Below, piece after piece: positions 9,050 through 18,815 of a stretch of DNA of 64,000 nt (position 1 is the first letter of the stretch; the number at the start of each line of letters is the position of its first letter). A model generated the notes under the pieces. It made no database searches. It had not been told where the DNA came from and saw only the letters and a program-made list of their open reading frames with translations. Both the position numbers and the translations under genes were made by a program. The DNA is from Bacilli bacterium (GTDB lineage Bacteria > Bacillota_I > Bacilli_A > RFN20 > CAG-826). The stretch covers positions 8,314 to 72,313 of the forward strand of contig JAKSHZ010000006.1 of the NCBI GenBank assembly GCA_024399115.1. The letters are read 5' to 3'.

Positions 9050-9770
9050 ACTTTACGACATATTAATCATAATTTTATTGTACATTGGATTATCGTGTAT
9101 TCCTTTTGAATTAGTCAAAATTGATGCGATTTTTATTAAATTATTCCATATTTTGGCTCAAATTCTTATATTTGTCTTTACTGGATTAGTATTTAGAAAA
9201 AGTTCATTAAAATTAGAAACCAAAACTCATAACAGCAAGAACATCCTATACTTTTTGCCTGCTTTTTTAATTTGTTTTTCTAATTTTTTCACACTTTTTG
9301 ATCCAAACAACTCACTAACTTTTTCATTCGATTTTGTCTTAATTTTACAAATCGTTTTCTCAATATTAGTTGCGTTTAATGAAGAAATTATCTTCAGAGC
9401 TTTGTTATTAGGAAACTTATATGAAGACAAAAAACCATTAGTTAGAATCGTGATTGCTGCAGGAATTTTTGCTGCATGTCACTTAACTCATTTTATTTCA
9501 ACATTTGATCCTTCTGAGTTAGTCGTAGTGGCATATTCATTCGGAATTGGTTTAGTTTTAGGCATGATGTATTTATATACAGGTTCATTAACACTCGGAT
9601 TTGTTTTCCATGCTTTATATAACATTGTTAATAATGATTTAGCTAACGAATGGATTTCATATAACAACGGTTTTACAAGTTTTTACACAATTAATATTCT
9701 TGTAGCGTTAGTTGGAATTGCATACTTATTCGGAATTTACTATTACAAATTTAGAGAAATAAAATCGTAA
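9036..9770 (+). CDS. CPBP-family intramembrane glutamic endopeptidase (CAAX protease/Abi-like)
   Basis: Motifs EEIIFRALLLG (EExxxR), FAACHLTH (FxxxH) and FHALYN (HxxxN). The ORF-track start at 9012 is TTG, and I prefer the ATG at 9036. It overlaps the lgt 3' end either way. Confidence 0.75.
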   Translation: MSKNKLYDILIIILLYIGLSCIPFELVKIDAIFIKLFHILAQILIFVFTGLVFRKSSLKLETKTHNSKNILYFLPAFLICFSNFFTLFDPNNSLTFSFDFVLILQIVFSILVAFNEEIIFRALLLGNLYEDKKPLVRIVIAAGIFAACHLTHFISTFDPSELVVVAYSFGIGLVLGMMYLYTGSLTLGFVFHALYNIVNNDLANEWISYNNGFTSFYTINILVALVGIAYLFGIYYYKFREIKS

Positions 9771-9835
9771 TTTTTCTGTAAATTGATGTTTTTAATTAGA
9801 CAATAACTATCCTTTTGATATAATCAAAGTACATT

Positions 9836-10324
9836 ATGAAAAAATTAGATGAAATTACAAAACTTAAATTAATTTATAGCGGTGAGTTAGTGGTGTTCGC
9901 CATCGTATTTTTAGTTTTAGGAATCTTACAATTGACTGGAGTTATGTCTCCTTCAACAAAATTTTTAAATGTTTTTAAATACATTACATTAATTGGCGCT
10001 GCTTACTTTTTATACGATATTGTTTCCGCTATTATGAACCCAAAAAAGAGAGCTAAAGTTTGCTGGCCAGATAAAATCTCAACATGTTTTATCCCTCCAT
10101 ATTTAGCAGTAGTTGATGTTTTCTTATTTGCGAAAAACGAATTTGTAATAAATAATGCGAGACTTTTTATCGGGCCTTTATTTATCGCAATCTCGCTTGC
10201 TTATCTATTCCAAGGAATCTATCACTGGTACAAGCCTTTACCAGAATTATTCGAAGATGATGAGCCTAAACAAGAAGAAAAACCAGTAGAAGTAGTAGAA
10301 GAAAAAGACGAAAAGAACAGCTAA
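9836..10324 (+). CDS. Hypothetical 4-TM membrane protein with acidic C-terminal tail
   Basis: Hydrophobic helices and the tail ..EDDEPKQEEKPVEVVEEKDEKNS. No SD. An extended -10, TGaTATAAT (9816-9824), ends 11 nt before the ATG. Confidence 0.7.
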   Translation: MKKLDEITKLKLIYSGELVVFAIVFLVLGILQLTGVMSPSTKFLNVFKYITLIGAAYFLYDIVSAIMNPKKRAKVCWPDKISTCFIPPYLAVVDVFLFAKNEFVINNARLFIGPLFIAISLAYLFQGIYHWYKPLPELFEDDEPKQEEKPVEVVEEKDEKNS

Positions 10325-10449
10325 TAACTGCTCTTTTTTAATGAAAAAGGCTAAAAATTGACATTATTTAGAGTTTTATATCGAACAGAAGGAACTTCTT
10401 TCAATGAAAGAAAAATATAAAAAAGTTTTTATAAAAATCAGAAATTCTA

Positions 10450-10480
10450 TATAATGTATGCACGTCTAATATATTAGATG
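10450..10480 (+). promoter_or_regulatory. Candidate -10 box plus palindromic operator upstream of the MFS transporter
   Basis: TATAAT (10450-10455) is followed 9 nt later by a perfect 14-bp palindrome TCTAATA/TATTAGA (10465-10478). It lies within a 261-bp intergenic region. Confidence 0.3.
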
Positions 10481-10585
10481 GTTAAAATTTTTGAGAAAAA
10501 TGGGTCATGTTAATTTATTAACTAACTCAAGGATATATAACGAAAATAATTAAGGAATTTATTGAAAGTATAGGAGAAGAAACTT

Positions 10586-11956
10586 ATGGAAACTAAACCC
10601 TTAAAACTTAATACCAAAAGAACAATCATTATTGGTTTCGCGTTCTTTGGTATCCTCATGTTATGGCAAGTCTATAACACTTATTGTCCATTATTCTTAA
10701 CTGACATTTTAGTCAACAAGTATGGTGGAAAAGACACAGATTACCAATACATTGTTGGTGTTATGATGGCTTTAGACAATTTGTTTGCTTTATTTATGCT
10801 CCCATTATTTGGTGCGTTATCAGATAAAACAAACACAAAATTCGGCAAGAGAATGCCTTACATCGTAATCGGCACAATTCTTTCCGCAATTGTTTTCCCA
10901 CTTATCGCTGTTATGTACACAATTGGATCTCTTGTTGGTGTCATCGTTATGATGTGCTTAACACTTATCTTCATGCAAATGTATCGTAACCCAGCTGTTG
11001 CTTTAATGCCAGATATCACACCAAAACCTTTACGTAGTAAAGCAAACGCATTTATTAACGTTGTTGGTTATGTCGGTGCTATTTTAGGTGGTGCAATCGC
11101 AATGGTTATCCCATTCAAGAGTTATAAAGGTAACCCAGGTGGATTACTCATCCCATTCATCGTTTCATGTGTCGCAATGATCGTCACAATCGTCATTCTC
11201 TTCTTAAAAGTTAAAGAAAATCAAATTCACGTTGAAATGGCTGATGATATGAAACGTGGTGAAGAAGAAAGTGAATTAGAAGAAAAAATCGTAGTTGATG
11301 CTCCATTAACTAAGAAAAACAAAATCTCATTAATCATCATCATTGTTGCAGTCTTCTTATGGTTCGCATCATTTAACTCAGTTGAAACATTCTGGTCAAG
11401 CTATGGTCAAAACCACTTAAATATTTCTAATTATTCATTATTCACAATCGTATTAACTGTTGCTTCTTTAGCAGCATTCATTCCTGCAGCTATCGTCGCA
11501 GATAAAATTGGTAGAAAATGGACAATCGTTATTGGCTTAGGTCTTGTTATTATCGCCTTAATGCTCATCTCATTTGTCACAAAATCACCAGATACATTCC
11601 TTAAAGATGGTGTTGTTTACAACAAAACCCCATTTGCTTTATATCCATTCTTCGCAATTTGCGGTGTTGGTTGGGCGTTCATTAACTGTTGCTCTTATCC
11701 AATGGTCGTTGAACTTGCACATGGTAAAAATGTCGGTAAATACACTGGTTTATATTACGCAGCAAGCATGGCTGCTCAAACATTAACTCCAATCGCTGCT
11801 GGTTTATTAGTTTACAAACAAGGTGCTTGGGATATCTTATTCGTTTACGCAACATGTGTTATGGCTGCTGCATTAATCGTATTTATCTTCGTAAATAACG
11901 TTAAAACTAAAGCAGTTAAGATTAAGAAAGGCTTCGAAGCTTTCGATCAAGACTAA
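10586..11956 (+). CDS. MFS transporter (GPH/sugar-cation symporter-like)
   Basis: About 12 TM helices with a central charged loop. GKRMPYIVIGT after TM2, typical of GPH/SLC45-like carriers. AGGAGA SD. Confidence 0.75.
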   Translation: METKPLKLNTKRTIIIGFAFFGILMLWQVYNTYCPLFLTDILVNKYGGKDTDYQYIVGVMMALDNLFALFMLPLFGALSDKTNTKFGKRMPYIVIGTILSAIVFPLIAVMYTIGSLVGVIVMMCLTLIFMQMYRNPAVALMPDITPKPLRSKANAFINVVGYVGAILGGAIAMVIPFKSYKGNPGGLLIPFIVSCVAMIVTIVILFLKVKENQIHVEMADDMKRGEEESELEEKIVVDAPLTKKNKISLIIIIVAVFLWFASFNSVETFWSSYGQNHLNISNYSLFTIVLTVASLAAFIPAAIVADKIGRKWTIVIGLGLVIIALMLISFVTKSPDTFLKDGVVYNKTPFALYPFFAICGVGWAFINCCSYPMVVELAHGKNVGKYTGLYYAASMAAQTLTPIAAGLLVYKQGAWDILFVYATCVMAAALIVFIFVNNVKTKAVKIKKGFEAFDQD

Positions 11957-11959
11957 ATT

Positions 11960-12913
11960 ATGCCTGCATTTTTTACTCATTACACATTTGTAGAGAAAAA
12001 CACTGGTCATGAAGATCCTTATGCATCTATTCGTGCATTAGGAGGCCAAGGCCCTGATGTTTTCTTCTTCTATGGATATTCTTTAAGAAAACGTGAGAAT
12101 AAGTCCCAAAAACGTTATTTTGGTACACACATTCATCACATCAATATTTCTGATGCCTATTCATTCCTTTTAGAGTACGCAAATAAGCAAGAAGATAAAG
12201 AAATGTTGAACTCTTATTTAAAAGGATTATTCATGCATTATGTAATGGATAGAAACTGTCACCCATATATTTTCTATAGAACTGGATTCGCTACTGATCC
12301 AGAAAATAAAGAAGAAGCAAAGAAATACATGAATATTCATGTTCGCTTTGAAAGTATTCTTGATACAGTCTACGCAAAGAGCAATAAAACATTCATTAAG
12401 CCTAAAAAATGCGTTAAATCTAACGAAAATTGGGTTAAATCTGTTTCAAAAATGTTCTTTGAGTTAGCAAAGCATCTCAACTATGAATACGTAGATGAAT
12501 TAACTTTCTATAACGCTTATAAGGACATGTTATTCGTTGAATCAGTTTTATATTCTCCTTTAGGAGTTAAGAAATTCTTTGCGAATTTATTTATTAAAAA
12601 CAATTTCATCAACTGCATGATGTCACCTGCTAGAAGTAAACCATACGAAAAATATGACGTTACGAATTTATCAAATTCTGAATGGAAAGACTGTATTACA
12701 GGTGAAATTAGAAAAGAATCTTTCTTAGAATTAGTTGAAAACGCTAAGAAAGAACTTCCAAAAGTTGATGAATTAATCAAAAAAGCTTCATTAAATGAAG
12801 ATATTAAAGAAGATATGGTGAATTTTATTCATAATATCGATCATGATGGATTTATGGTCAATGCGACTAAATCTCATTATCAAAATTTCTTAGATACATC
12901 GGACACAAAGTAA
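11960..12913 (+). CDS. Hypothetical metal-dependent hydrolase, possibly zinc-dependent phospholipase C-like family
   Basis: His-rich blocks (MPAFFTHYTF, GGQGPDVFFF, GTHIHHIN, HYVMDRNCHPYIF) resemble the uncharacterised Zn_dep_PLPC-like bacterial proteins. Starts 3 nt after the MFS stop. Confidence 0.4.
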   Translation: MPAFFTHYTFVEKNTGHEDPYASIRALGGQGPDVFFFYGYSLRKRENKSQKRYFGTHIHHINISDAYSFLLEYANKQEDKEMLNSYLKGLFMHYVMDRNCHPYIFYRTGFATDPENKEEAKKYMNIHVRFESILDTVYAKSNKTFIKPKKCVKSNENWVKSVSKMFFELAKHLNYEYVDELTFYNAYKDMLFVESVLYSPLGVKKFFANLFIKNNFINCMMSPARSKPYEKYDVTNLSNSEWKDCITGEIRKESFLELVENAKKELPKVDELIKKASLNEDIKEDMVNFIHNIDHDGFMVNATKSHYQNFLDTSDTK

Positions 12914-12914
12914 T

Positions 12915-14147
12915 ATGCAAAAACCATTAGCAGATATTCTTAGACCTACAAAGATAGAAGACATGGTGGGCCAAACTCACTTAATAAGTGAAGGCTCATT
13001 ATTTCGTCGTGTAATTGAAGGCGAAAAGATTCCTAATATGATCTTCTATGGTCCTCCAGGAATTGGCAAGACTACATTAGCTAATATTATCGCTTTAAAA
13101 GCTAATATGACTTTATATAAGCTTAATGGCACTAATTGTGGAACTGATGATATTAAAGAAGTTATTAATCAAATTGGTGATGTTTTTAATCAAAACGGAA
13201 TCCTTTTATACTTAGACGAAATTCAATATTTAAATAAAAAACAACAACAATCCTTATTAGAATTTGTTGAAAATGGCGATATTACATTAATCGCATCAAC
13301 AACAGAAAATCCTTACTTCTATGTTTATCCAGCTTTACTTTCTAGATGTAGTGTCTTTGAATTCAAGGCAATTACAAGCGAAGAAATCGCGAAAGGATTA
13401 ACACGTGGCGCTAAAGCGTTAAAGGTCAAAATCGAACCAGAAGCACTAAAGATTTTATCTTTAAGTGCAAATGGCGACATGAGAAAAGCTCTCAATTCTT
13501 TAGAGTTTATTTCTAGTGGAATTGAAACATCAAAAATCACAGTAAACGACGTAAACGAAGTAATCCAAAAAGGGAATATTTCTTATGATCGTGGTGAAGA
13601 TAGACACTATGATAATTTGAGTGCTTTAATGAAATCTTTACGTGGTAGCGATCCAGATGCTGCTGTTTTCTACTTAGCAAAAATGCTTGAAGCTGGTGAT
13701 ATTATCGCTGCTTCTCGTAGGTTATTATGTAGTGCATCAGAAGATGTTGGATTAGCCTATCCTCAAATTATTCCTATTGTAAAAGCTGCAGTTGATACAG
13801 CTCTTCAATTAGGATTGCCTGAAGCTCGTTTACCATTAGTTAACGCAGCAATTTTAATTGCAACTGCACCAAAAAGTAATAGCGCTTATATGGCTTATGA
13901 TGCTGCTTTAAGTGATATTCACCAAGGTAAAGGAATTAATGTTCCTAGATGTCTCCAAAACACACATTATGATGGTGAAGATGCAGCTGTTAAAGGCCAA
14001 AATTATAAATATCCACATAACTATAAGAATCACTGGGTAAAACAACAATACTTACCTGATGATATTAAAGATAGAACATACTATGTCTATGGAGATAATA
14101 AGTTCGAAAATACATTAAAAGAGTATTGGGGAAAGATTAAAAAGTAG
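12915..14147 (+). CDS. rarA: Replication-associated recombination protein A (AAA+ ATPase RarA/MgsA)
   Basis: GPPGIGKTTLA Walker A, LYLDEIQYLNK Walker B, MgsA C-terminal block YDNLSALMKSLRGSDPDAAVFYLAKML. Confidence 0.9.
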   Translation: MQKPLADILRPTKIEDMVGQTHLISEGSLFRRVIEGEKIPNMIFYGPPGIGKTTLANIIALKANMTLYKLNGTNCGTDDIKEVINQIGDVFNQNGILLYLDEIQYLNKKQQQSLLEFVENGDITLIASTTENPYFYVYPALLSRCSVFEFKAITSEEIAKGLTRGAKALKVKIEPEALKILSLSANGDMRKALNSLEFISSGIETSKITVNDVNEVIQKGNISYDRGEDRHYDNLSALMKSLRGSDPDAAVFYLAKMLEAGDIIAASRRLLCSASEDVGLAYPQIIPIVKAAVDTALQLGLPEARLPLVNAAILIATAPKSNSAYMAYDAALSDIHQGKGINVPRCLQNTHYDGEDAAVKGQNYKYPHNYKNHWVKQQYLPDDIKDRTYYVYGDNKFENTLKEYWGKIKK

Positions 14148-14186
14148 TGAGTAATATTTATATTAAAACTACTAAATAACTACTAT

Positions 14187-15095
14187 ATGGATACTTTGAA
14201 ATCTTTAATGGACAAACATGAATTTGAACTAGTTATCAAACTCACAGAGAAATCTAATGATGTTGATTCTATCTTTTATCGTATCTCTGCTTTATTAGGA
14301 ATTGGTAAACCTGAAGAAGCTCTTAATACTTTAAAAGAGCATCACAATTTACTTAGAAAAAACTTATATCTTTTAATCAAAGTTCATATGGATTTGCTTA
14401 TTATTTTAGGTAGATTCGATGAAGCTTATGAAGAACTCGATTATTACAAGAATTTACCTTATGAATCTCAACAAGTCGAAGAACTTTTATCTAGTATGGT
14501 TGGACACATTAGATCAGAAGAAAAACAAGCATATAAACATGTCTCAGTTTCTGATGATGAAGTTAAAAGTAGGTTATTGAGTAACGACCAAGTAAGCGTA
14601 ATTTCTGCTTTAGGAATGGTGGGAGAACGCGGCGTTATTGGCTTTATTAATGAAGTTCAAAAAGTCATGGTTAACTTCCCATTACAGAACGTTAGAACAT
14701 ACGCTTTATTGCTTTTAGTCTCAAAGAAAGTTGATGGCGAATTTAACTTTAAAAGTGGTACAGGAATCATCTCGGTTAATCCATCAAAAATCAAACCACC
14801 TTTCGTAGGTAATCCATTTAATAGAATTTGTAATAGAATGATTTCAGAATTCAGAAATCCAACAATAAGTGACAATGCAATTGAGATTTTCTCGCAATAT
14901 ATAATGGATATTTATCCAGAAGAAGTTAAAGATTCAGACGAAGATGTAATCGCAGCGTTATACGTACTCAGTTGCGAAATATTGCAAATCAAAGATTCAA
15001 TTCCTTTAGATAAATATTGCGAATCGCATAACGCAATCCTAGAAAATTCTAAAAAACTATTCGAAAAATTCAAAAATTTGTTAGAAAAGTTATAA
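14187..15095 (+). CDS. Hypothetical protein with TPR-like N-terminal helices
   Basis: Helical-repeat-like N-terminus. Sits immediately upstream of tig, the position held by the TPR protein YsoA in B. subtilis as I recall. Confidence 0.7.
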   Translation: MDTLKSLMDKHEFELVIKLTEKSNDVDSIFYRISALLGIGKPEEALNTLKEHHNLLRKNLYLLIKVHMDLLIILGRFDEAYEELDYYKNLPYESQQVEELLSSMVGHIRSEEKQAYKHVSVSDDEVKSRLLSNDQVSVISALGMVGERGVIGFINEVQKVMVNFPLQNVRTYALLLLVSKKVDGEFNFKSGTGIISVNPSKIKPPFVGNPFNRICNRMISEFRNPTISDNAIEIFSQYIMDIYPEEVKDSDEDVIAALYVLSCEILQIKDSIPLDKYCESHNAILENSKKLFEKFKNLLEKL

Positions 15096-15100
15096 AAATG

Positions 15101-15131
15101 AGGCTCAGAAATTATTTCTGAGTCTTTTTTC
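15101..15131 (+). terminator. Rho-independent terminator
   Basis: 12-bp stem AGGCTCAGAAAT/ATTTCTGAGTCT (one G-U pair) followed by T6. Confidence 0.8.
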
Positions 15132-15160
15132 TTGATAAATACTAACTATTCTTATAGAAT
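15132..15160 (+). promoter_or_regulatory. Candidate sigma-A-type promoter for tig
   Basis: TTGATA (15132-15137), 17-nt spacer, TAGAAT (15155-15160). It is 32 nt upstream of the tig ATG, with an AGAGG SD. Confidence 0.55.
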
Positions 15161-15192
15161 AAAACACGCTACAAATTTAGAGGTTTTAAATA

Positions 15193-16467
15193 ATGGAAAG
15201 AAAAGTAAATTTATTAGAAAATTCTCGCGTTGAAGTTATTGTAAACGTAGACGTAGAATCATGGAAAGCTGCTCAAGAAAAAGCTTTCGCAAAATTAGCT
15301 GCTAACGTATCAGTTCCTGGCTTCCGTAAAGGTAAAGCTCCATTAAATATGGTTAGAGGTAAAGTTGATCCAGCTAAAATTATGGACGAAGCAATCAATA
15401 GCTTATTACCAGTCGCTTACAAAGACATTTTAGATAACGAAGATATCAAACCATTCGGTCAACCAAAAGTCGATGTCACAAACATCAATGAAAACGGTAT
15501 CGAATTAAAATTTGAAATCGTCACAATGCCAAAAATTAAATTAAGAGAATATAAAGGCTTAAAAATTGGTAAAACAGTCGTTGAAGTTACAGACAAAGAT
15601 GTCGATGACGCAATCGATGCATTAAGAGTACGTAACGCAACAGTCGCTGTTAAAGAAGGCGAAGCTGCTAAAGGCGACATCGTCGTTATGGACTTCACAG
15701 GTAGAATTGACGGCGTTGAATTCGACGGCGGTAAAGCTGAAAACCACGAATTAGAATTAGGCAGTGGCCAATTCATCCCAGGTTTCGAAGATCAATTAGT
15801 CGGTGTTAAAGCAGGCGAAACAAGAGTAGTTAAGGTTCAATTCCCAGAAAACTACACACCTGAATTAAAAGGTAAAGACGCAGAATTTGAATGTGTCGTT
15901 CACGAAGTCAAAGAAAAGAAACTCCCAGAACTCAATGATGAATTCATCGCTGATATCAAAATGCCAGGCGTTTCAACAATTGACGAATTAAAAGCAAAAC
16001 AAAAAGAAGAAATCCAAGCTAGAAAAGAAAATGATGCAAAGAGAGAATACCTCAACAAAGTTTTAGATTCTGTCGTTGCAGCATCAGAAGTTTCAATTCC
16101 TGATGAAATCGTCCAAAATCAAGCTAATATGCACAAGCAAGATATGGAAAAGAGAATGGAACAATCTGGTTTCACACTTGAACAATATTTACAAATCCTT
16201 GGTCAATCACAAGAAGACTTTGAAGCTCAATTAAAAGCAGATTCAAAGAAAGAAGTTGCAAATTTCTTAGTCTTAGAAGCTGTTGCAGCTGCTGAAAAGT
16301 TAGAAGTTAGTGATGAAGAATTAGATGTCGAAATCGCTAAGATTGCTGACCAATACAAGATGAGTGTTGAAGATGTTAAGAAAGCACTCAGCAAACAATT
16401 AGAAGAATTCAGACATAACATCAAAATGAACAAAGTCGAGGACTTATTATATAAGAATAACGACTAG
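15193..16467 (+). CDS. tig: Trigger factor
   Basis: GFRKGKAP ribosome-binding signature, FKBP-type PPIase core (GDIVVMDFTGRIDGVEFDGG, FIPGFEDQLVG). Confidence 0.95.
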   Translation: MERKVNLLENSRVEVIVNVDVESWKAAQEKAFAKLAANVSVPGFRKGKAPLNMVRGKVDPAKIMDEAINSLLPVAYKDILDNEDIKPFGQPKVDVTNINENGIELKFEIVTMPKIKLREYKGLKIGKTVVEVTDKDVDDAIDALRVRNATVAVKEGEAAKGDIVVMDFTGRIDGVEFDGGKAENHELELGSGQFIPGFEDQLVGVKAGETRVVKVQFPENYTPELKGKDAEFECVVHEVKEKKLPELNDEFIADIKMPGVSTIDELKAKQKEEIQARKENDAKREYLNKVLDSVVAASEVSIPDEIVQNQANMHKQDMEKRMEQSGFTLEQYLQILGQSQEDFEAQLKADSKKEVANFLVLEAVAAAEKLEVSDEELDVEIAKIADQYKMSVEDVKKALSKQLEEFRHNIKMNKVEDLLYKNND

Positions 16468-16481
16468 TAAGGAGGTAAAAT

Positions 16482-18815
16482 ATGGCTGAAAAAGCACAAA
16501 AATTAACTCTCCCATTGTTAGTCACTAGATCTAAAGTTATCTATCCTAACAACTCACAAGTCATCGCAGCAGGTCGTTCCTTCTCTGTTAAGGCAATCGA
16601 AGCTGCAAGAAATCAAACTGATTCATTATTATTCGTTGCATGTCAAATAAACAGCAACGATGAAACACCAACAGAGGACCAAATTTACAAGATTGGTTCT
16701 CTTTGTCGTATTATCTCCTACACAGTTAGAGGCGCAGAAGTAAGAATTCGTGTCGAAGTTGTAGAGAGAATTCAAATCGAGAGAATTTCTGAAGATCCAG
16801 AAGGTTTTATTACTGCAACTGGTTTCGTAAATCGCATTCCTGATCCAGATTACGTTACAAATAGTTCAATTATTAAAGCAATTCACAATTCTTTAGAGTC
16901 AGTCCCTCAATTAGTTGCTGAAATGCCTAAGAGCATCGCAAATGTTCTTGCGAGCAGCGATTCAGCAATTAACGTTTGCTTTGCAGTCGCAGAATTCATT
17001 TCAGGAACTGCTGAAGACAAACAAAAAATCTTAGAATCTAAGACAGCTGAAGAATTGATGCAAAGAGTTCTTCTCCTCATTTCTGGAGAAAAACAAAAGG
17101 ATGAAATCGAAAGAAACATCCAAAATTCAGTTCGTGAAGCTAGTGAAAAGAGCCAAAAGGAATATTTCTTAAGAGAAAAATTAAAAGCTATTAAGAAAGA
17201 ACTTGGCGAAAATACAGAAGATAAGAATTCACCTGAGACAATTTTAGAAAAACTCGAGGCAAATCCTTATCCTGAATACATCAAAAAGAAAATCAAAAAC
17301 GAATTAAAGAAATACGATATGATGCCTCAAGGCTCTCTCGAAAGTGCTTTAATTCAAAGCTATGTCGACGTTTTAATGTCAATGCCTTGGTTTGAAAAAA
17401 CTGAAGATGATAACGACTTAAATCATGTCGAAAAGATCTTAGACGAAGACCATTTTGGTCTTGAAGTTCCAAAGAAGAGAATTATTGAGTATTTAGCGGT
17501 TAAAAAGTTAACTGGTAACTTAAAATCTCCAATTCTTTGTTTCTATGGTCCTCCAGGAACAGGTAAAACTTCATTAGGTAAGTCAATCGCTAGAGCTTTA
17601 GGAAGAAAATTCTTCAAAGCATCTTTAGGTGGTATCTCTGATGAAGCTGAAATTAGAGGCCATAGACGTACTTATGTTGGATCAATGCCTGGAAGAATTA
17701 TCCAAGGTATGAGAAAAGCTGGTGTTACTAACCCAGTATTCTTACTCGATGAAATTGATAAACTTGCATCTTCTTATAAAGGAGACCCAGCAAGTGCAAT
17801 GCTCGAAGTTCTTGATCCTGAACAAAATACACAATTTAACGATAATTTCGTTGAAGAACCATATGATTTAAGCGATGTTTTATTCATTTGTACTGCAAAC
17901 TACCTCGAAAATATTCCTGGTCCATTAAGAGACAGACTTGAATTAATCGAACTTAACTCATATACAGAAATCGAAAAAGTTCACATCACAAAAGACCATT
18001 TGATTTCAAAACAAATCGAAGCAAATGGTTTAACACCAGAACAAGTTAGCTTCACAGATGACGCAATTACATTCATCATCCGTCACTATACAAGAGAAGC
18101 TGGTGTCCGTGACTTAGAAAGAAAGATTGCTTCATGTATCAGAAAAGTTGCAGTTGCAATCGTTAAAGATCCATCAATCGAACACATCGAAATTAATGAA
18201 GAAAAAGTAAGAGAATTCTTACTTGCACCAATCTTTGAAGATAGTAAGAAAGAAGCAAAACCACAAGTTGGTGTTGTAACTGGTCTTGCATATACTCAAT
18301 TTGGTGGTGATATTCTTCCAATCGAAGTTAATTACTTCAAAGGTAAGGGTTCATTAGTTTTAACTGGTAAATTAGGCGATGTTATGAAAGAATCTGCCGC
18401 AATTGCGTTAGATTATGTCAAAGCAAACGCTGAAAAATACCATATTGATAGTGAAATTTTCGTTGGAAATGATATTCACATTCACGTTCCAGAAGGTGCT
18501 GTACCAAAAGATGGCCCAAGTGCTGGTGTCGCAATTACTACAGCAATTATTTCATGCTTAAGCCATACTCCTGTTAACCCAGATGTTGCTATGACTGGTG
18601 AAGTTACTTTAAGAGGTAACGCATTACCAATCGGTGGCTTAAGAGAAAAATCTTTAGCAGCTTTACGTAGCGGAATTAAAGCTATTATCGTTCCTAAAGA
18701 TAATAAGAAAGATGTCGATGAACTTCCAAAAGAAGTTAGAGAATCTCTCATAATTAAGACAATGGAAACAGTAGATGATGCTGTTGAATTTGCATTATTA
18801 AAACAAAATGATTAA
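16482..18815 (+). CDS. lon: ATP-dependent Lon protease
   Basis: LON N-domain, AAA+ module (GPPGTGKTS, FLLDEIDK), proteolytic domain PKDGPSAGVAITTA with the catalytic Ser. Strong SD AAGGAGG. Confidence 0.95.
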   Translation: MAEKAQKLTLPLLVTRSKVIYPNNSQVIAAGRSFSVKAIEAARNQTDSLLFVACQINSNDETPTEDQIYKIGSLCRIISYTVRGAEVRIRVEVVERIQIERISEDPEGFITATGFVNRIPDPDYVTNSSIIKAIHNSLESVPQLVAEMPKSIANVLASSDSAINVCFAVAEFISGTAEDKQKILESKTAEELMQRVLLLISGEKQKDEIERNIQNSVREASEKSQKEYFLREKLKAIKKELGENTEDKNSPETILEKLEANPYPEYIKKKIKNELKKYDMMPQGSLESALIQSYVDVLMSMPWFEKTEDDNDLNHVEKILDEDHFGLEVPKKRIIEYLAVKKLTGNLKSPILCFYGPPGTGKTSLGKSIARALGRKFFKASLGGISDEAEIRGHRRTYVGSMPGRIIQGMRKAGVTNPVFLLDEIDKLASSYKGDPASAMLEVLDPEQNTQFNDNFVEEPYDLSDVLFICTANYLENIPGPLRDRLELIELNSYTEIEKVHITKDHLISKQIEANGLTPEQVSFTDDAITFIIRHYTREAGVRDLERKIASCIRKVAVAIVKDPSIEHIEINEEKVREFLLAPIFEDSKKEAKPQVGVVTGLAYTQFGGDILPIEVNYFKGKGSLVLTGKLGDVMKESAAIALDYVKANAEKYHIDSEIFVGNDIHIHVPEGAVPKDGPSAGVAITTAIISCLSHTPVNPDVAMTGEVTLRGNALPIGGLREKSLAALRSGIKAIIVPKDNKKDVDELPKEVRESLIIKTMETVDDAVEFALLKQND

